Shown here piece by piece: positions 56,190-64,000 of a DNA stretch of 64,000 bases; the stretch's first letter is position 1, and each line of letters begins with the position of its first letter. The stretch lies in the NCBI GenBank assembly GCA_004431415.1, contig QPMI01000401.1:1-64000 (forward strand), given 5' to 3'. The notes beneath the pieces are model-generated. The model saw only the letters and a program-made list of their open reading frames with translations, was not told the origin of the DNA and made no database searches. The stretch comes from Cyanophora paradoxa CCMP329. Taxonomy: Eukaryota > Plantae > Glaucophyta. Made by a program: the position numbers and the translations under genes.

Positions 56190-59100
56190 GTGATCATGTG
56201 CACCCGCGCTCAGCCACCCGGGGAGCTGAAGATGGAGGGGCCCTTGACGGTGCTCTTCGAGCGGTTCTCGCTCGCCATGCGCGGGTTTGTGTTGGGCGGC
56301 ATCGACGCCGCGCCCGAGTCCGTGGAGCAGAGGCCCCCGAAGACCTGCAGGCCCACGTGAGGCCGGCCGGGAGAGGGGGCGCGCCTTCCCCCAGAATCGC
56401 GCGTCGCACCTGGAGCACCGAGCCGCGACCGGGGCCGGGGCTGTGGCGGTAGCCAGTGATGGGCCGGCCGTGGCGGTCGGCGGGGGGCGTGCCCGGCGCA
56501 TCCGAGGGTGGCGCGTCGAGAAGAAGCGAGTTGATCTGGGAGACGAGGGAGCTCCAGATGCTGTTGACGCCGCAGGAGATGCCGCGCGTGCAGCAGCTCA
56601 GGTTCGCCCACGTGCCCACGTCCCGGTTCGGGATCTTCCGCCGCGAGATGGGGCTCAGGTGCCCGCCCACCTTGGCGAACTCGCGCATGTCCTCCATCTG
56701 CAGGGTCGCCGTGGGCGACGGGATCGCCGGCTTGACTGGCTCCCGCAGCGGGTAGTCCGAGCTCGCGAAGGGCTCCGGCGGCAGCGCGTGCCCGAAGGGC
56801 TCCGGCGGCAGCGCGTGCCCGTTGCCGTCCAGGAGGCGCGGCGAGGCCGGGTACCGCGAGCTGTGCGGCGAAGCCGCCGCGCCGCCGAACGACGAGGCGC
56901 GCGCCGACTGCGCCGTCTCGTCCCACGAGGAGCGCTCGGGCGGAAGGGCTCCGCTGAGCGAGGAGCGCTGCGAGGGGGACGGCGCCGCCCATGAGCCGTG
57001 CAGGTGGCTGGACTTGCCAGGCGTCGAAAAGAGCATGTCGGCGGTCGCCGGCGGGATTTGCACGCGGCCTGGCGAGCCGGTCGCGACGGGGAGCTCGCTG
57101 GGCGTGCCCGCAGAGTGCCGCGCCGAGTGCGGAGGTGACCCGGCCGAGGCAGCCACCGCGTACGCCGCCGCCGAGGGCGGGATGAGAGGCTCGTGCTGCT
57201 GGTATTGCTGGTCCGCCGCCGGGACAGCTTCGGGGTAGCGGGGGGAGGTCGCCGCGCTCCGGCCGTGCTGCGGGGAGGTCTGCGGCGCGGCGGCATCAGC
57301 CCAACGGCGGAGGCATGGCGTACCCAGCGGGCCGGGGCGCACCGTCTGGTAGGGGGGCTGGGGGCCGGGGAGGCTGGAGGGGGAGGACACGCGGTAGGCG
57401 GCGGGGGGCGCGCCGTTCGGTTCCACGTGCGCGTACTGGTGCCGTACGTGCACGTCGTCGGGGTCTGCGCGGCTGCCGATCAGAGAAGACGGCCTGCGCA
57501 GCGCCCCGCACGCCCGTACCGTAGCAGTGTAGCTTGCTGGGCGCCACGCTCTCAAAGGCCTCGACCAGATCCGTGCCGCTGATCGTGCGGCGCTTGAGCT
57601 TCCCGCCAAGGGCCTTCGATAGCTTCGTCACGTCCGAAGGTTCGCCGGTGATCCACGGGTGCCGCTTCGCGATCTCCACGCTCATGCGGTCCGTTTCGTT
57701 CAGCTCCAGGCAGCGCATCACGAAGTCTTGTGCTGCGCGACGGGCAGCGCGGCTCAGCGGCGTGGCGGCGATGCGGCTGGCGCTCCAGACGGACCTTGCG
57801 CCGAGAAACAGTTCAGGTTCTGCTTCGGGAACACATATGTGTCGAAGTAGACGCGCAAGTCGTCGAGCGTCTCCTTGTCGTGGAGGAAGTTCCCGTGCAG
57901 CATCGAGTAGACAATCACGCCGAGGGACCACATGTCCGCCGCTGCAGCGGCAAGTAGGAGCGTCAGACTCTCTTTCTTTCTCGGCGAAGCTGTGGCGCGG
58001 AGCAGGCGAACCGTAGCTGTACTTCCCGCTGTAGGCGACCTCAGGCGCTGCGAGGGACGGCCACGACTGAGAAGAAGGCCCTATGGGCGAGCGCTGCAAG
58101 CGCACCGAGGTACGTAATCGTGCCCTGGATCCGGTCGTGGCGGTGGAACTCCTCCTGGAAAAGGGAGATTCCGAAATCGATGATCTTCACGGTCCGGTCG
58201 TTCGGGGATCGGTACAGGAAGTCCTCTAGCTTCATGTCGGCCAGCAGCACACCGCGCGCCTTGGAGAACTCCAGTATGTTTAGAAGGACCTTGCAGAAGG
58301 TGTGAACCTTCTTCTCGCGGCGCTGCAGGTCCTGGCGCGTGAGTCGTTGCCGGTTTGCCTCCTCGTTGTTGTAGACATCCAGGACAGAGCCACCGTCGAG
58401 GAGCTCCATTACTAGATGCAGCCCGTCAGGCGTCTCCACCGCCTCCTTGAACGCGACCACCTGCGCGGGGCGAGCCCGTTGGTCCGAGCGCGGGGAGCGG
58501 GCACGCCGCGGAGCGCGCACATTGGGATGCTCAAGCCACTTCATGATAGCGATCTCTCTGTTGAACTCCGCGCGCTTATCCAACGTGAACTCCTTCACTG
58601 CGTAGGCCTGCAACACGGCAACGGGTGGGCGAGGACGGCATGAGCAAGCCAGGGCGGCGGTCCACGCGAACCTGTCGCTCGGCCTTGTGTATGCCGCGCC
58701 ACAGCCGGGCACCGGAGGCGCCGCTCCCGGCGATGTAGGATTCGAAGCTGCAGGGCTGGCGTGAGCTGGACCAAGCGGTACAAAAGACCCGAAAGATGCA
58801 CTCGTAGTAGTCATAGATGTTGGCGCGCTTGACGACCGGCATCGTCGCCCGTCCATCCTCGAGCGGCGAGCGCGGGCTCGAGAATGGGCTCGGCATCCGC
58901 CCGTTGGCAGGTAGGCGGCACGCCGGTCAGTCTGTCCCGCGCCCCTTGATTCGCCCGGCAGCAGCGGATCAGACTCGCGTACCCGTCTCGGCCCAGTTCC
59001 CCCCCCAGAAAAATGACCCTGACCGGCTGGCTGACCGGCGCCTTCGCGGGGTTCTGCCTGCAGGTGCGCCGCTGAACGAGCTCCGCGCTCAGGGCGCCCG

Positions 59101-59675
59101 GAGCTGATCCGCGACCGTCCGCGGCCGGCAGGCCTACTCCAACGCAATCAGGAGGTTGCCGATTTCGCGGCATCCCTGGGAGCATGTAGCTTTCTTCGTT
59201 GCGGGCGGCTTCGTCGGCGAGAAGATCGAGGCATGGGAGGCAGAGGCGAAGGAGGAGGGATTCCGGCGGCAACGGGAGTTCCTGGCGGAGCAGGCGGCCA
59301 AGGGTATAGTCTCCAGACCCGTCAAGTTCGATTAGAAGCGTTTCATCCGTGTTGCGTATCCCTTGTGCATAACACTTTCCGACCATCCGACCGCGGCGCC
59401 TTCGCGCGCCTGCAGCACCACGCCTTGCCCTGGACATGCCTAGGATGCAGAGAGAGCGGGCCGCGCTGATAGAGCGCGCAGACGCGCGGCGAGCGCAGTG
59501 CCCCCTCACGCTGCGCTAGACGGGCAGTGGTCCCGGTTGTCCTTTCTACCGCGTTAGAGATGACACTTGGACGAATGTTCGGTGGGCTTCCGCTGTTTGC
59601 GTTGCGACTTGGGGTTGCTTGCCCCTGGCCCTCTCCAGACTCGAAGAATCCGCATGCTTGGCTGCAGACTACCAT
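56190..59675 (-). CDS. Host CAMK-like protein kinase (approximate limits)
   Basis: AVKEF, EIAIMKWLEHPN, LVMELL.GG, LADMKLED, KIIDFG, GT..YL/APE, DMWSLGVI. Confidence 0.8.
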
Positions 59676-60483
59676 GAACTAGCTACGATCCTCTGGTAAA
59701 TTTGCATCGATATCGAGGCACCGCCGCACCGGAGTCTGGGTCGCCTTTAGTACATTTCATTGAGCTCGTGATATATAGAAGGGACAAATCACTTTCCTCG
59801 ATTCAAAGAGCACCTGCAGTTGATACGTTGAGCAAATTTACATATGCATGTACACTCAATCAGTAGCATAGTATCGATATCGCATCTGCAGCTGTGGGGC
59901 TCGCTGTACATGTCACCTCACAGAGATGAGCATTTCAAAGTTTGCGGACGCCCCCGCCCGGGGCCCAGGCCAGCAGTCCTATAGCTTTTGCTAGCTTTGC
60001 CAAGTTGCTTCGACATTTAAATCCGATGATTAATTTTTGAGCATTTCTCGCCTCCGGCGGCCGCGAGGGCAGAAATATATACGTCTTGCTGCTGTACATA
60101 TAGCTGGCTCGCTGGGCTGAAGATTATGATCGATATCAGTGGCCGCGGCCCGCGGCCGCGGCTGCAGCTGTACATGTGCCCTCATTTTAATTTGAATTCC
60201 CGGTCATGCTCAAATCTGGACGAATTTAGAAGAAGAAGAGTATCTATAAGGCATGCACAAGCCAGCCGTATGCGTATACGTACGGTTTTGACAAATTTTA
60301 AAAGGCGAAGGACCCGAAGGACAAATTTAATTGACGCCTGCATATATAGCCAAAAGCCAACGCCCCCCCCCCCCCCCCCCCCAGGGCCAACTTCGACAGA
60401 AGGACTTTTTTTTGAGAGCAACCAAGCAAACACGCAACCAGCTTCCGCGAGCCTGCTTGGCCACAGATCGGGCAGCCGGGGCG

Positions 60484-62760
60484 ATGCTTCTATCGCGCCG
60501 CGTCGTGACGCGGTGCTCAGCGAGGCGGCCGGGAACACCTTACAAGCTCTCGCCGGACGACATCTCGTCACCGGGCCCTTATGAGGCTTGCGCCGGTTGC
60601 CCTTACGCGATCGATAGTGGGGGTTTCGGCCCCTCGGCGCGGCGGTGCGCCCTTGCGGCTGGCGCCCGGGGCTTGCGAACGTGCGCTGCAGCAGCAGCGG
60701 GCCAGTCTTTTGGCGCAGCGGCAGCAGTAGCGAGCCCGTTGGTTGGCGCCCTTCCGGCAAGCGATATAGAGGATTGTCACATTCCGTGCCCCGTCGCCGG
60801 CGCGAACCGGACACCGCCTCTGATTTTGCCCACGGACGCTCTTCAGCCGGCTAGAGTCAGTCCCGTCACCGAGGCGCAATCTTTCCACCGGAGACCACTT
60901 CCATCTTCTCTTATCCCTTTCTCGTCGCGGGAGGGCAAGAAGCTCTTTGCCGAGTGCATGGAAAAGGGTGGACTGGAAGGGTTCGTCCGGCCCGCCCCAC
61001 TCCGGGGCGCTTGCTTTGATTAACGCCTTTTCCGGAACAGTTACTTTCCTTTAGCTGAGAATTTCAACACGCAAGCGGAGCCCGCCTGTGCGTACACTTT
61101 TCGCGGCTGAGCGCTTGCCGCGCCTTCCCGCTCACGCGCGCCTTGCAGATTGTGCACTCGGGACGCTTGTCATGGTGCTGAATGCGCTTAACATTGATCC
61201 TCAGCGAGTCTGGAAGGGTGAGCCCGGCGAACTCAATCGATATTTTTGTTGATCTCATATGGGCTGCAGGGTCGTGGCGCTGGTGGAGCGAGGAGATGTT
61301 CGATTGCTGCAAACCTCTCACAGTCAGAACGCCTTTATCAACTGTCTGTTACCAGGCTGACCTTTGGATGCAGAGGGTGCAAAAGGACGGGATCAATTTC
61401 AGCGAATTCGCATGCTTAGCCCGCTGCAACGGCGTTCACGCGCGCGAAACCCCAGCCAGCAAAGGGTACATCTTTACTCTCCAGGGTTCTTGTATTGCAT
61501 TTGACAACCTCTTGAAAGGACGCTGCACGAGTTCAGGGAACACATCAAGTTTGCAACGTCGCGAGAAGATGTGCATTTAGTCGTCTCATTCAGCCGCAAA
61601 TCTCTTGGCCAGACTGGCGATGGTGCTGCAATCTTTCGCAAGCTATCCTTCAACGTCGTGTTCATTTTTCGCGCAGGGCATTTCTCACCCATTGGTGCCT
61701 ACCACGCTGGATCTGATATGGTCTTGATCATGGATGTCGCTCGGTTCAAGTATCCGCCCTACTGGTGCAGTGTTGAGCAGATGTGGTCAGTTGGATTATG
61801 GTTCAATTTTTGGATGTTTTGGGCGAACCCGCTCTCCAGGGAGGCGATGCAGCCCTTGGACAGCACGACAGGGCGTTCGAGGGGGTACTATCTCATCAGC
61901 AAGGAGCGCCATCTGATCGACACTGTAGCCCCCGTCTCTGGCTGTGCAACTTCCTGCCCGACCTTCTGCAAAACAACCAGCGGAAACCTGTCGGGCAAGA
62001 CTTTCAGGGAGCTCTCGCGAAGCTTTGCGGAGACAGCACGAGAAGCGCTGTCCTCGTCGAAGGATGTGCAGGATGTGGGCGTTGCTGCTTCAGTCGTCTT
62101 CGAGCAGATCTCCCCCGCACTGCAGTCGCAGATTGCTGCTTATGCACAGTATGTGCAGCAGATCTCTGACAGAGATGTTCCACGAGGTGCGTGGCACTTT
62201 CACTCGTTAAAAACTTTCAGCTGCTCACTTTCTTGTCGCAGAGCTCTTTCAAACCTGTAGGTCTTCAGCTGCATGTGCTGACATTGCCTCCTCCGGACCC
62301 CGCACACGCACCCTCTCAACATCTGCATCTTCATCACCAACGAACTCGAATCCAGACTTCGCGACCATCCGCCTCCTCCTCAATTCCATCCGCAACACCG
62401 AAGCCTTCCAATCGATCTCGAACCTCTTTGCTCGGTGGGCTGCATCACAGCCGAACTCGGATGCACCAGCAGATGCGTGGTGGTCGAGCCCTGGCTCAAG
62501 GGAAGTGGCCACTCTTCTCTTCCTGGCCATTCCCACTAGGCTGGTCCCCAAGCCTATCCAAGATGCAGTGCGAGGGCTTCCGTCAGACCTTCAGACTGAG
62601 GTCGTGAGGTTGCGATCCTCCATTTTGAATGATATCAAGGTAGCGTAGTTTGAAATTTGTGCATAGCTCTAGCAGTAGCCCTTGCTAGGTCTTTCTGAAG
62701 TTTTTCTTTGCAATTTGTGTTTCATTGTGCAGTAGAAAACATCAGCTCTCGCCAACTCGC
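60484..62760 (+). CDS. Host phytochelatin synthase (3' limit approximate)
   Basis: FHRRPLP...FSS.EGK.LF; TQAEPA/.CALGTLVMVLNAL.IDP; WRWW.E.M.DCC; QTGD/GHFSPIG.YH...D.VLIMDVARFKYPPYW. Confidence 0.92.
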
Positions 62761-62872
62761 CATCTTGCACCAGCATCAACAAGCATCTTTGAAACCCTTA
62801 TGTACCGACGCCGTGAGCTCAAATGAAGAGCAGTGTCGTGAAGCTTGTTTTTGACTGCAGACACGCTGACGG

Positions 62873-64000
62873 TTAGTGGTTACGTGGAACCTCTAAACGA
62901 GGAAAAATCTCACCATTTACGTCTATGTTTGGTTGCGCCAAGAGAAGACTAACTAGTTTTTCGTTTGAAGCGAGAGAGCACGCTAAATGCAATGGCGTGC
63001 TGGAGCACCGGGTGTCAGAAGTTGGGCACAATGTGACGAGTGCAACTGCGCACTCTCCGGAATTGTTGCAAGAGGACACGAGGGATGGATCATGCTGCAG
63101 AAGCCTTGAGACGATCTCGACAACCAGATCCTGATTCTTGAGACGCCTGATAACCTAGACCGGACAGTTTCGTCAAGCAGTTCTCAGTGTGCACTGCGAT
63201 GCGTTCATACCACGTGTATGATGGTGTCACCTGCAGCAAATGCCTTGGTTTCAGAGGGAAATGAACAGGAAATTTGAAAGCGCCAGGCACCGAAGTTGTC
63301 AAACGTGTGGGGCACGAAGCTCGTTTGGGATTGGGAGTCTGCGGGGCTCGCAGGTTGATTGATCAACAGTTTCCATTCGTGCTTCTCCAAAGCCAACAAG
63401 CTCTCGTTGAGTGACGCAAGTGCCGCATTGGTGTCAAAAGCTGTGTTATTGTTAACCTTGCTGATGATTCCGTACACGTTGGACCAGAATTCTCGGCTCC
63501 TGCACGGGCATTGAGGCCAGGGCAAGTGACGTCGGCGTGAAGAACAAATCGCACAAGCGCCCGACGAGCTCGCGCTTGTGGGAGTCCATGTCGCCCTCCA
63601 GGGCGCAGCCGCAGGCGTGGCAGCGGCTCGTCTTGCTCGTAGCTATGCGCGCGCAGTGCACGGCGTGGACGACCATATTTGCAGACGGGATATCCTTGCC
63701 GCAGCTAGCGCACCGGGACACCGGCGCAGCGGAAGGAACGGCCTGCAAGTTTATGAGATGCAGGCAGCGGCGAAGAAGAAGGCACGGTCGTTGAAAGCGC
63801 GTACCATCCCCGCAGTGTGGACCCTGAGTGTACTGGGGTGCGCAGACGGGCGGATTGAGAAGCTGGGTGTCTTCGGGACCGCCGGGCTCGTCACACCGGC
63901 GCTTGTACGAGCGATCTAATGCATCTGTGAGCGCAGCGGAGCGCCGCCGCAGCGCTCGGAGACGCACGCTTCTGCACGCTTTTCAACACGTGCCCGATCG
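62873..64000 (-). CDS. Host zinc-finger protein with ankyrin-like segment, partial
   Basis: CASCGKDIP...HAVHC and CHACG...H; TPLHLAC...VSLLLAQPNIDVN. Confidence 0.45.

Overview
Two compartments. Bases 1-33964 are moderate-GC, intronless endogenous viral DNA: a complete ~23.6 kb Polinton-like virus (6845-30425, ~630-660 bp terminal inverted repeats). It encodes a double-jelly-roll major capsid protein, two penton-like proteins, an A32-type packaging ATPase, an rve integrase, a putative vOTU-PolB-SF1 helicase-HNH replicase, an AdoMet decarboxylase-like enzyme, a patatin-discoidin protein and fibre genes. It sits inside the fibre gene of a second, closely related virus (1-6844 plus 30426-33964; left end outside the window). 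Removing the inner virus rejoins the outer fibre frame exactly (...GAC AAA GA|T TAC CTG..., D-K-D-Y-L) with no target-site duplication, and the integrase has Asn where DD(35)E enzymes have Glu. The two viruses are near-identical except for exchanged, putative receptor-binding modules. Bases ~34900-64000 are a high-GC, intron-rich eukaryotic (protist-like) host region: coiled-coil protein, beta-helix-SAM-TIR protein, multi-AP2 protein, NlpC/P60-like protein, Cid1/TUT nucleotidyltransferase, calmodulin-like protein, kinase, phytochelatin synthase and a partial zinc-finger gene. Many single-base frameshifts in 1-17000 are probably consensus errors. All protein calls come from motif recognition by eye, and host gene boundaries are approximate.
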